This document shows positions 32,220 to 45,300 of a DNA stretch of 64,000 bases, in pieces (within the stretch, counting starts at the first letter, position 1; each line of letters begins with the position of its first letter). Origin of the DNA: Tubiluchus corallicola (Eukaryota; Animalia; Priapulida); assembly GCA_030141605.1 (NCBI GenBank), contig JAQGDQ010000183.1, forward strand, positions 238,241-302,240, written 5' to 3'. The position numbers and the translations under genes are program-made. The notes beneath the pieces are model-generated. The model did no database searches. It was not told the DNA's origin and was given only the letters and a program-made list of their open reading frames with translations.

Positions 32220-33449
32220 TAGAATTTGCCTGGCGGCCATGATCAACGTATCAAATATAGACTATACTACAGTCACGTATACATACAGTTATGCTTTGAT
32301 TGTTTAACTAGATTTAACTAGACCTACTACAGGCTACTGTCCAACGTAGTGCAACAAAGACTCCACCCTTTCTTGTTAAAATAGACCCGTCCGAAACCAT
32401 TTCGAGTATAAAAGACCTGGACAACTGATATACAGTCTCCTTTGTTTTTTGAGCGACGTAAGTACGGTAGTGCGATCTTATTATTTAATATCTTGTATGA
32501 ATTTATTTTTCTCTGTGAATATCTGTGCATATCTTAAGTGATCTTTATAATTATTAATGAGTGCTGTAATGTGCTTTTAATAGTGCAATTATCTAAGGTA
32601 AGAAAATGTTTTTTTTAATTTTCAACATGGCAGACACATTCATCTATGTGAGTATGTACCTATGCGGCTATAGTTTTTTTTGCTAATTCTCGGATATTTA
32701 GATATCTTTAAATATATTTTGATATATATATATATATATATATCAAAATATATATTTATATTTATTTAAATCTATTTATATATATATATATAAAATTTTG
32801 ATAATATATATTATAAAATATTTTAGAATATTATATATATATATAACAAAAGTGACTATTCATAATATATTATTCCCTAATTGCTACAGGAAGCTTTTAG
32901 TTTCAATTTTAATTTGATTCCAAATATTATAGGGCCTAATTTTACAAATTCTAACTGCGAAGTCCGTAACTGACGTGTCCGCATCCGCAAAACGCGGATT
33001 GACTGAAATTTGAAAATCCGCGTCACATAATCCGTAAATATATAAGCAAAAACTACTATACCACCCCAACATCATACCCAACACACCCACCACAAACCAT
33101 AAAATGTTCGGGCACAAAACTATAATATTTGTAATTGCAAGAAATGTTTTGCGTTGGAAATTTTCTATGCGTGGTTTTTGGGCGCTGAAATTTCGCGTAA
33201 AATCCCAATTTTAACATTAAAAATCCGCTATCTGCAAATAATACACTATCCTTAATCCGCAATCCGCAATTTCACATAATCAGTGCGGACAGCGCATCCG
33301 CATTCTGCAAATCAGATATCCGCCCATCTCTACTGCATGTAAAATTTAAGGCTGAATTAAAAAAGTATAATTGAATAAGCCCACAACTTGTTCCATTTTT
33401 AACCCACTTATACTATTACGAATTTTATAATTTCTTTCTTAGCATCTTA

Positions 33450-33900
33450 TACTGTTTTTCCTGAGCATGAGCAGTAGACGTCTTTGAGCTCAAATTTTCA
33501 AAAATTTCCAAATGTAACCAACTGTTTTTCCTGCGCATGAGCAGTAGACGTTTAGAGCTCAAATCTTTAAAAGCGTAAATGTAACACTGTTTTTCTGCGC
33601 ATGAGCAGTAGACGTTTGAGCTCAAATTTCAAAAATTTCAAATGTAAACAACTGTTTTTCCTGCGCATGAGCAGTAGACGTTTAGAGCTCAAAGCTTTAA
33701 AAGCGGTCAAATGTAAACAACTGTTTTTCCTGCGCATGAGCAGTAGACGTTTAGAGCTCAAATCTTTAAAAGCGGTCAAATGTAAACAACTGTTTTTCCT
33801 GCGCATGAGCAGTAGTCGTTTAGACCTCAAATCTTCAAAAAATTTCAAATGTAAATGACTGTCTTTCCTGCGCATGAGCTGTAGACGTTTAAAGTTCAAG
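33450..33900. repeat. ~69-bp minisatellite, about 7 copies
   Basis: Core tttttcctgcgcatgagcagtagacgtttagagctcaaa. Confidence 0.9.
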
Positions 33901-34858
33901 AATTTATGATTTTACTTGGCGCATCTGAATCGCAAATTTTTATTGCTACTGTTGTAGCATTTCGGCCAGTTTTTGTCCTTTATAATTAGTTCGGTATTTC
34001 TGTATATTTGACTCTGTTTGCTTTGACCTTTCTCCTCACACTTCAACTTCTTTGCATGACAAATACGCCGCTTAGGAATAAAAATTTGACAGCCAGTGAC
34101 CCAGAAGCGTTTGTACAGGGTGTCGCAAAAGAAACGGCGTAGTCGAAATATTCTAACAAGCTGAGATGCGCTGATCAAATAACATGGAAGCGTGTTTGTC
34201 CACGTATGCGAAATAAAAATGATTCTATTTCTATTGTTCGACTGCCTTTGGTTAAAATCGAGAGATAAATATTTACCACAGTAACTACTCAACGTGTCAC
34301 TTGGGAAAAACTAGTTATAAATCTACGGATTGACGATTTTTTATTAAAATTTTTACCTCTACCCTGTGAAGCAAATATGACTTTATCAGCTGGCTTCATA
34401 CTGAATCTGGTAAATAAATTTTCAGTGTCATCAAGAAGCCAATCTTCATGCTGTAGAAAAAACAGCACAGTTAAAAATGTTGCTGTTCAAATTTAAATTA
34501 CGCGTTTATGATTGAACTCTCAAATGGCTGTTTAAGATAAGTGCTGATTTTTGTAAAGAAATTAAGTAGCCCTTGATGTGTTTGTATTTTTCGTTATCAG
34601 CAATACGTCTGCCAAAAAAACGAAAATTTGCCACCAAGATAAATGATCTCCGCAAACGAAGTTAAGCAACATAAAGCTCGGTTAATAAATGAATAGTGAC
34701 TACTGAATGATTAATGAATAATGAATAATGACTCCTTGTACACTTACCTATAACTGTGTGCCTTTTGAGGAATCATGGGTACGCATTCTGACCAGCCACT
34801 AGGTTGTTCATTAAAGTATCCACTGACTTTGAATACTGGCAGACAGCTTGCTAAATGC

Positions 34859-35015
34859 AGGACTGTACATTCACATTGGAGCTGCTGTAATATTATCAGG
34901 ACTGTACATTCACATTGGAGCTGCTGTAATATTATGAGGGCTATACATACACATTAGAGCTGCTATAATATTATGAGGACTGTACATTCACATCAGAGCT
35001 GCTATAATATTATGA
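34859..35015. repeat. 39-bp minisatellite, 4 copies
   Basis: Unit aggactgtacattcacattggagctgctgtaatattatc/g. Confidence 0.9.
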
Positions 35016-35891
35016 GAACGTTAACTTTTAATGCACATGATTAAAAATTGTCATTTTTTCAGATCCTAACTTTGTTTTTCTTTCAAATTTTAAATTTCCA
35101 AGATAGTAATTAAGTACACACTTTTAAATGTAAATTTTATACAGCATTTACTGCTACTGCCACCACCAGAAGTACTATGATATTATATTGGTGTACATTT
35201 TTTTCAGATTAAGCATTCCATTGTAAGATTGCTAACTACTAGTGTTTATTTGCTTATCAAGCTTTCATCATCAAGCCTTAATATTCGTTATTACTTATTT
35301 TGACCCTGTATATTAACATTAGAGTTGCTATAAAATTATAAGAAAGTTAACATTTATTGCATGTAATTAAAAGTTGTTATGTTTTTCAGATACGAGCTTT
35401 AAAAGCGAATTTGAATTGGTAAGTTTGACTATTTTCTTGTTGAATTTTAAATGACCCTACTGTCCGTGTGTCTGTTCGTCCACTGTCCACAATAGGTTTT
35501 TCTCTTGTATTTCTGTAACAAAAGATCGGATCGTCATGAAACTCGTGTGATTCGAACTCTAGATCCTGTGCAGTTAGAATCTTGACATTGCTAAAATGGT
35601 TTTAGCTGACCGAGCCGTAAATAACACTTCACTTTTTTGCTTATTTCAGATTGAGCATTCGCACGAAGAATAGTTATTTTTCAATCATGCCTAAGCGGTA
35701 AGTAAAGAAATTTTGCTTTTTAGCCAGAAAACCTTTCCATTTACTTTTTTTATTTTTTAGTCCAAACATACAGAAATATTTTTCTGCTGTTAATAGTCTC
35801 GTATGGTGTGAGATTATTCTTTATTTATATAACTTTTTACAGGATCATCTTACAATCAATTTTAGTAACATTTTAAGTTAACAAACCCGGG

Positions 35892-36249
35892 TACCTTGTT
35901 TCATACATAATTCAAAATACCAACTATCAAGGATACATGATACCTAATTGTCTCAAAAATGCCTAAGTACTGGGTCTCCTATGCAAAAGTATATAAAAAC
36001 TGTCTGCAATTGACTCAAATGACTCCGCACAATTGATTCTATATTTTTATACATAGAGATACACACGTGGTTACACTGATGTACATGATGTAAACAAACT
36101 GACGGCCAGCCAACTAGCGGTCAGCTTGTGAAATAATGTACTGGGTCTGTAAAAATTTTCTCAACGAATTTAGGCGATTTACAAAAATGGCACTACTGGT
36201 CTTCCAAAAACTCGGAATTCCGCGTATCTGCGGAAAATTCTCATCCCTG
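35892..36249 (+). mobile_element. Partial copy of the ~520-bp CAGGGATGAGAAT MITE, 6 nt past the PTP stop codon
   Basis: Matches the right part of 58497-59018, including the right TIR attctcatccctg. Confidence 0.85.
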
Positions 36250-36255
36250 ATTTAC

Positions 36256-36330
36256 TCAACGGAAGTTTGCGTAGTCGTCGTAATCCTCCAGATAGCAGGC
36301 GACAACCTTGTAGCAGAACTCAAACTGCTT
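36256..36330 (-). CDS. PTP last coding exon
   Basis: caacag|[27 protein letters not shown]. Confidence 0.9.
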   Translation of the reverse strand, partial: KQFEFCYKVVACYLEDYDDYANFR

Positions 36331-39300
36331 CTGTTGAAAAAATGCAAACCAGTTTTAGTCGTAGTGAAACAATTCATGAAACAAAAACCACATCTGTCAA
36401 ATTCCAGTAAATGAATCACATTCTCATGTCTCAGACACGATAAAAATTTCTCAGACAAGATCCTGAAAAACATTGTTTGATGATAGCAATTACAGCACAG
36501 GTAGTCATTGACTTACAACATGTGCGACTTACGACTGTTCAACTTTACGACCCGGCAACAACTTTATTAATTAAAACCAATTTTTATTACAGGTAGATAA
36601 AAACATCAATAGTTAAAAACAACGCAACTTTATTAAAAACTTTTACATTAAAAAGTTAAAATCATGCCAAACGTTTCGATGGCGAGTTCGCGATAAACAA
36701 ATCGGGAAGTAGCGAGGGAACACTGTAATCTAAGCAAGACGATTGCACAAGAATTTACTTACGCAAGTCGGTAGAAACTGCGGACGATAACGACGCTGAT
36801 GCCTTGCTATAGGAAGTATGGTGACCACCTGTTCGTTAAGCACCTTGTCCAAAGCTCGCCAGATGACAGAAAATAGACCACACCTTGTAGCACCATCGCT
36901 ATAAGAAATCACAGGTAATTATAGACAGCGGTACAGCATAATTCAACTACAAGTCGTGCACACCTTGTAGCACCATCGCTATAAGAAATCACAGGTAATT
37001 ATAGACAGCGGTACAGCATAATTCAACTACAAGTCGTGCAAAAGTCTCTTACTTGCAACTTTATTACTTGCAGTTGGACATCGGTCACCGCAAATACTTC
37101 ATGGTCAGATGAATACCGGCAATGGTGTGTAAGGATGTAATCGCTAATACGGAAGAAACGCTACTGTATCACTTCTGATGGTCACAAAACCTACACTATC
37201 AGCACATCTTCATTTAGTGAGTCACATTACCTTACTTAATTAAGCCTATAAGACCTAATATAGGACATTTTTCAAACAAAGGCAAAGCTCAAAGTCAACT
37301 AACGCACAGTATAAAAATATTTAACATTTGTGACTTTTTCACATTGGCTCATATCAAATAATGAAGAAACCTGATATCAGCACTCAGACAGTGGCGACTC
37401 CTAGTTGAAATTAGGGGGGGGGGGTGCTGTTTCAGAAAATTTCTAACCATTGTTTTAATACTGTGTAAAACGACGCAAACTTACATTGAATAAACAAACA
37501 TACAAATATTTATACACAAACTTGAAGAAATCCAAAAAAAATTCCGCTTACGAATAGCCTAAATTGCCGCAGTTTAACAATATGCCGGCAAACAAATTTT
37601 AAACACGTGACAACTGACAAAAAACTGCGTGAGCGACAGTACTTTCTCTACCTAGCAGCAGACATTAGCAATGCAGTGTATAGCATATCATCTCAGACAC
37701 ACACGCATGGCCACATGCGCACAACGCTGGGCTGTGAAGTAAACAGTACTACACTCACGCGCTCTGGTTTTATACAAGTATAAAGAAAGAACTAAAGAAA
37801 AAAGACTTATTATATTGAACATTATCGAAGTGTATAGCACCTATACACAAGCTGCCACCGTGAAAACACACCCCAGTTTGTCGTAATTATAATCAAAGTC
37901 ATGCATAGAGGTCAAATAACAACTGCTTATAGAAGACAGATAATCATTTAAGCACAGAAAAGAACAGGTAATGGCAGTTTCTTTGACAAAACTAAGTAAA
38001 CACATACGGGTGTTTTGCAACCCCATTTTCGGCGACCAAGGGTTAAAATTTGATGTTTATCATAAAACATACTCAATCTTATAAATAAGTCTACAACTGA
38101 CATTCAAATGTCTGCTTGGTACAGAGCTTGTTTTTACACCATATTGTTTTTAATATCATTCAACTGTAACCCTACTGTTTTTAATATCATTCAACTGTAA
38201 CCCTATTGTTTTTAATATCATTCAACTGTAACCCTATTGTTTTTAATATCATTCAACTGTAACCCTATTGTTTTTAATATCATTCAACTGTAACCCTATT
38301 GTTTTTAATATCATTCAACTGTAACCCTATTGTTTTTAATATCATTCAACTGTAACCCTATTGTTTTTAATATCATTCAACTGTAACCGTATCAATCTCA
38401 TTTACAACAAACGCAAGCACAGATACAGCTCAGGACCCATTCCCAAAAATAAGAACAATACTTTTTCAAATCTCAGCCTCTAAATTAAACGCGAAACTCC
38501 CGATCGCGCGTTGCCGTACTTACTAACAATGCGCCAGGACCATTTTGGAGTGTGTCTTCTGTCGCCATTTTTCTATTTGCTCCCAGAATTTGACGACCGA
38601 CGTTTCGGACGCGGGAAGGGAAGCGTCGAGATCCCAAGAACGAAACTCAAACAGGGAGACGATGTTGATGTTGTCCCGTTCCTGAAACGATAGTATTTTA
38701 TTATCATACATCAAGCTCTGGTGGCAAACCAGCAGAATCTAAAGATAACAGTTCACTAGAATGAATACAAGTGTTAACTCTTTTATGACCGTAAGTGTTT
38801 GCTGCATTTTCCATAGGTTCTTGAAAAACTGCTCTCACTAAACAGCAATTACGTTATATTTGATAATTTTTGTAGGTTTCTGCTCCTCACACAATGGATT
38901 TTCATGCAAAGTTACATATGCAATGCATTTGCTTTCCTTTGACAAATTAAAAATCAATTTTAAAAAGCTTTCAGTAACTGCAGTGTTTGCACTGTAACAA
39001 TGTACAGTATGACTTGTGTGAAATCAGCTAATGCAGAAAATTTCAACTATTCAAACACAACGTTCTGATAAACTTTGGCCTCAAGTCTGTTCTATTTTTA
39101 AGGAGAAATTCCTGTTAAAAGATGAAACGACTTTAAATTCTCCTTGGATGACTGGTTGGTTTCTGCCAGAACTCTGAAAAACAGAGGGTTCTCTTGGGCT
39201 GTAGCAAGCAAGCAATCAATAAATTAGTCTGTATGAACGAGTAAGTATGCACCAGATTAAGCTACTCAAAAGGATAAGTTGGAGTGCCTGAATAGGGCGT

Positions 39301-42300
39301 TTTTCTTAATTGTATCCAATTAAATCGCTTATGAATGTTTAAACAAATAGCATGATTGGATAGCCGATATTCTCCTGAATCCGAACAGTACCTAATTTGT
39401 AATCAGTTAGTTACATCTGTGCTCATACAGTAGCAGAAAATGATAGGTCTTATAAGATCTACTTTGAAAGGTGCGGTCCCGAAGGAGTTAACTAAGATCT
39501 TACAAAGTTACATTAACCGTTTTGGCGCAAGTACAAAAAAAGTACGTAATCATTCACAGACTTGCCAACTATTTGATGCAAAAATTACTGTGAAACTAGA
39601 AAAGATCAACTCGCCCATGGCAGGGGTCCAGGAATAGCAAATTATACCCCAGAAATTTTTTCTTTTTTGGGATGTGATCTCGGATGTCAAAATCAAATTA
39701 CCAAAAAAAAATTAGGACAAAAAAGTAAGTTAATTTTTGAGTACTACTGAGCTTTCTTATGCTGTTTATTGCAGTTCACTTTGCTACTGTATATAAATAT
39801 GTTCCTCTGTAGGAGTGAAAAAAGCTCAATCACAGCCAAAAGTGCTTAATTTTCAATAACTGTAATACCTTTCAATATAACATACATATCATGATGATGT
39901 ATTATTGAGAGTACAGCTTTTAATTATGTTGTGGTTGGTACTGATGGCTCAGAAAACCAGGTGGTGGTACTGATGGCAAAGAAAACCAAGTGATGGTAAT
40001 GATGGCAAAGAAAACCAGGTGGTGGTACTGATGGCAAAGAAAACCAGGTGGTGGTAATGATGCAAAGAAGGTGTGGTTGTGGGTGTGGTGGTGGTGTGGT
40101 ACTGATGGCAAAGAAAATGAAGTGATGGTAATGATGGCAAAGAAAAAAACCAGGTGATGGTAATGATGGCAAAGAAAACCAGGTGGTGGTACTGATGGCA
40201 AAGAAAACCAAGTGATGGTAATGATGGCAAAGAAAACCAGGTGATGGCACTGATGGCAAAGAAAACCAAGTGATGGTAATGATGGCAAAGAAAACCAGGT
40301 GGTGGTAATGATGGCAAAGAAAACCACGTGATGGTACTGATGGCAAAGAAAACCAGGTGATGGTACTGATGGCAAAGAAAACCAGGTGATGGTACTGATG
40401 GCAAAGAAAACCAGGTGATGGTAATGATGGCAAAGAAAACCAGGTGATGGTACTGATGGCAAAGAAAACCAGGTGATGGTACTGATGGCAAAGAAAACCA
40501 GGTGATGGTACTGATGGCAAAGAAAACCAGGTGATGGTACTGATGGCAAAGAAAACAGGTGATGGCACTGATGACAAAGAAAACCAGGTGATGGCACTGA
40601 TGGCAAAGAAAACCAGCTGATGGTACTGATGGCAAAGAAAACCAGGTGATGGTACTGATGGCAAAGAAAACCAGGTGATGGTACTGATGGCAAAGAAAAC
40701 CAGGTGATGGTACAGATGGCAACCAGGTGATGGTACTGATGAAAAACCAGGTGATGGTAATGATGGCAAAGAAAACAGGTGATGGTACTGATGGAAAAAA
40801 AGTGGTGATGGATGATGGCAAAGAAAACCAGGTGATGGTACTGATGGGGTGTGGTTGTGGAAAGACAGGTGATGGTACTGATGGCAAAGAAAACAGGTGA
40901 TGGCACTGATGGCAAAGAAAACCAGGTGATGGTACTGATGGCAAAGATAACTAGGTGATGGTACTGATGGCAAAGAAAACCAGGTGATGGTACTGATGGC
41001 AAAGAAAACCAGGTGATGGTACTGATGGCAAAGAAAACCAGGTGATGGTACTGATGGCAAAGAAAACCAGGTGATGGTACTGATGGCAAAGAAAACCAGG
41101 TGATGGTACTGATGGCAAAGAAAACCAGGTGATGGTACTGATGGAAAACCAGGTGATGGTACTGATGGCAAAGATACCTAGGTGATGGTAATGATGGCAA
41201 AGATACCTAGGTGATGGTAATGATGGCAAAGAAAACCAGGTGATGGTACTGATGGCAAAGATACCTAGGTGATGGTAATGATGGCAAAGATAACTAGGTG
41301 ATGGTAATGATGGCAAAGAAAACCAGGTGATGGTACTGATGGCAAAGATAACTAGGTGATGGTACTGATGGCAAAGAAAACCAGGTGATGGTACTGATGG
41401 CAAAGAAAACCAGGTGATGGTACTGATGGCAAAGAAAACCAGGTGATGGTACTGATGGCAAAGAAAACCAGGTGATGGTACTGATGGCACAAATGGCAAA
41501 GAAAACCAGGTGATGGCACTGATGGCAAAGAAAACCAGGTGATGGCACTGATGGCAAAGAAAACCAGGTGATGGCACTGATGGCAAAGAAAACCAGGTGA
41601 TGGCACTGATGGCAAAGAAAACCAGCTGATGGCACTGATGGCAAAGAAAACCAGGTGATGGTACTGATGGCACAAATGGCAAAGAAAACCAGGTGATGGC
41701 ACTGATGGCAAAGAAAACCAGCTGATGGTACTGATGGCAAAGATAACCAGGTGACTTGCAAACTTGCGTGTGAAATTCCAGAGCGTGTGTAAACTGAAAT
41801 GCGATGTGTGCACATGTGGTGTAAGACTTTAAGTGCATGTGACACACTCTTAATGCATGAGAATTGGCAGGTTTGCATTCACGACCAAAATATTCTTTAC
41901 CTGCCATTAAGATATATACACAGTATATTTAGTTATTTGTCAAAGACTAACTTGTCAATCTTTACCTGTTCGTATGGACGATAAAAGTGACTATTTAGTC
42001 ATCTGCAAATAACTTTCTTCGAGCGGATTTCAAAGCACACCCTTGGTAAATGTATTCTAGTCTACTAGTAGTTCTAACTAGGCGTGTGCTGTTGCAACAA
42101 TGTTAGCTGCAACACGTTGCCATAATAAAGAATCAAGTATTATAGAAGAAAACAAAAACTTTTGTTGGGAATTTCAAAAAACTGAATGCCTCTCACACAC
42201 GGATTCATGCACAGAAGTCAATTTAGACAATTTTTTCATGTCTGAAACCATTTCATATTAAACCTCCATTAAACATAATCAATTGTTCATGAATTATGAA

Positions 42301-45300
42301 GTCTAAACTTGTTCATTCGGCACAACCAAGTGAGTTAGTCTACAATAAATATTAGCTTTCTACAGGTTTTAATTTAGCATGAGCTACGTACCTTCTTATT
42401 ATTTGTTACTTGGACTTTCCGCTTGATGAAATCATCCTCCTTGCTGGTCTGCAGAAGCACGATGGTGAACGGTTCGACGTCCAGAACTTCCTCGACATGC
42501 GGCCAGTACTTTGCACAATTCTGTGAAAACAACATCCGTTATTTCTTCTTTATTCAAGAATAAACTTTGTTCAAAAAATGCCATCTTTAATTGCAAATCT
42601 TAAACAGTATCTTTAATGCTAATCCAATATGCTTATCGCACTACTCTTGGTCAGAAAAATATATCTTTACTTTTTTAAATACATAGAGTATAATTAGGTA
42701 TCTCAGCCAATTATACGACTTGCTTTTTTGTAAGTCAAAGTCAAAACATTATGCAATATTATGAAAGAAAGTACACTCATATTTCGGTTAGCCGGGCCTC
42801 GCTTTTACAGATATCAGAAAAATCAGACAAAATCTGGTCCTTCAAAGAATCCCGCACACTATAGACACACAGTCCATTATTTCACAAGCTGACCGCAAGT
42901 TGGCGGCCATCACTTTGGCCGCATGATATACAGCGTAACCACGTGTATATCTCTATGTATAAAAATATAGAATCAATTGTGTGGAGTTATTTGAGTCAAT
43001 TGCAGACAGTTTTTATATACTTTTGCATAGGAGCGGCCAGTACTTAGGCGTTTTTGAAACAATTAGGTATCATGTATCCTTGATAGTTGGGTATTTTAAG
43101 TTATGCATGAAACAAGGTAACTGATATTTTAAGCCCACTTAGAGGCTCTCTATGGTCACAAATTGCAATTTGTTGCTGGCTCAAAGGGGGCTTTGCCCCT
43201 CAACCACATTGGGGGCCTATGCGGCCCCCAAACGCCGGCCTGCTTCAAAGTTTTTTGACTATTGAATATCAGGCCCGCACTAAACGTTTTAGATACAATT
43301 GGGTGATTGATTCTACATTACATTAATGTATTAACTTAATATCAGTAAATACAGACAAGCGGCAAATTCGTATTGACGTCTCCCCGCTTTTGTCCGACGA
43401 ACCGAAATATGAATGTATACACTATGCCAGGGGTGTGCAAACTGCGGTCCGAGGGCCACTTGCGGTCTGCCAAGAGACCTTGTGCGGCCCCGCAAAGAGG
43501 CTAGTCAGATAATTTGCACACTCCTGCACTATGCCAGCAGGTAGCAGCTTCCCAACACTTCGTTCAAGGAAGGATTGCTACAGCTCATGGCAGCAAATTA
43601 ATTTGGTGGTGAATGTTATTAACAGGGTGCATAAGATTATGGATATGTATAAAATAAATAAAATAGCTTATTTTACGGATTTTTGAAATTTTATTTTATG
43701 GATATCAATAAAATAAGAAATAGACTATATCTGGAACGAGATGCCCAGGGGGGAAATCAATTAAAAAGTAAAAACAGGAGGGCTTGAAACGTGTTTTTAA
43801 ACACGCTGGAGTTAGTTTTAATTTTATCGGTTTCATATCACTTCAAATTTAATCAAATTTTACGAGACAATGCCTTGTAATTCATCACTTCAGTTCAAAT
43901 AATTCATCTATTTGGTACGAATGCAGAATGCCCTCTACGCTGAAGTTTCCGATCCAATGCCTGTATTCAGTTTTGATTGCCTTATTTTGTACAAAAAATC
44001 ACAAAAAGAAATATTTTTTTATTTTATGCATTTCTTATTTTATGGATTTTTCAAATTTTATTTTATGGATTTTTGGTCTTATTTTATGGATATCCATAAT
44101 CTTAGGCAGCCTGGTTATTAACAATTTTACGAGAGATAGATCCTATATAGAATCCGACACGTGATACTAAATACCTGGTCTGTCTTGTCAGTGTACGGGT
44201 CCAACATGATAACGGTCCCAATGGCCTGTTCAGTCACGAGACTCCAGAAATCGACAACAGTATTGGGCAGTGGCGTTTGTGTCACAATCAGGTCTCCGTA
44301 CTTTTTTGAACCCTGCCAAAAATTTAAATCGAATTGATTGCTGCGTAACAGGTGCTTCTTCTATAAGAAGAAATTTAAGACTAAACAGCCTAAATCTGCC
44401 AATTTATAGTAAATATTATAAATAAACAATTTATAGTAAATAACTTTCATATGTTTTCAATAACTTTGGGTTTTCAATACGATTTAATGTATGTATTTTT
44501 AATTTTGATTTGAATTCGTCGAAAGACTTGATTTGTTTTAAATTTGATGGCAGGGTATTCCAAAATTGAACTCCTTGTTTAGTGATAGAATTGTTGCCGT
44601 ATTTGTTATTAGTGCGTGTTTGTTTAACATATCATATAACAGCACAAGTCTTTTCAATATTTTTATTTTAATTTCACTAAAAAAAATTGTGTAAAATTCT
44701 GTATTATTTAACAGTTTTAAATTGCCATTTTAGTATGAATAGTACTTTATGTGTTTTTGTGTACAGCATACGTGTTTATACTGATTTTGCGCTATACAAA
44801 AATAAATAAACTTGTAGACGTGTTAAGGCATGCAAACGTCTTATACTACGTACAGTACGTTATGGAGCAGTTTGAATGTGTTACTATTTTATTTATTTAT
44901 TTATTAAATATATCCACAATTATTACAGCATTGTACATAAAAGTATTTAATAATATATTTATTATTATGTGCACAAGATGCCAAGCCGCAAATGACCCGT
45001 GGGGTACTCAAGAAGTAATTACTTGTTTACTCAAGTAAATACTTGAGTACCCCAGATGAATGTGGACTGAGTGTAATAGAAAAGAGCAGTAAAGGAGTAG
45101 AAGAGAGAGGTTAATAGAGAATGGAAAGAAGAAGAAAGATGTAATGGTATCTGAATGAAGTAACATAAACTATAGAAATGTAAAAATGTAAAACACAAAA
45201 TGCTAAGAAAAACATTATAAAATGCAGAAAATGTGTGAATTAAAACAGCGTTCTCGACTGGACCATTTTTCTTAGACCTTGGGCCTCTATTAAAACTTGA

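Noticed and set aside
38682-38738. Longer in-frame version of the PTP exon using the AG near 38739
   Set aside because: The 158-nt exon starting at 38681 matches the size and phase of its D1 counterpart; the longer form is possible but unsupported.
39920-41907. Long 150-426 aa minus-strand ORFs
   Set aside because: All three frames are open only because the 29-bp unit lacks stops; the array is intronic and the PTP exons splice across it in frame.
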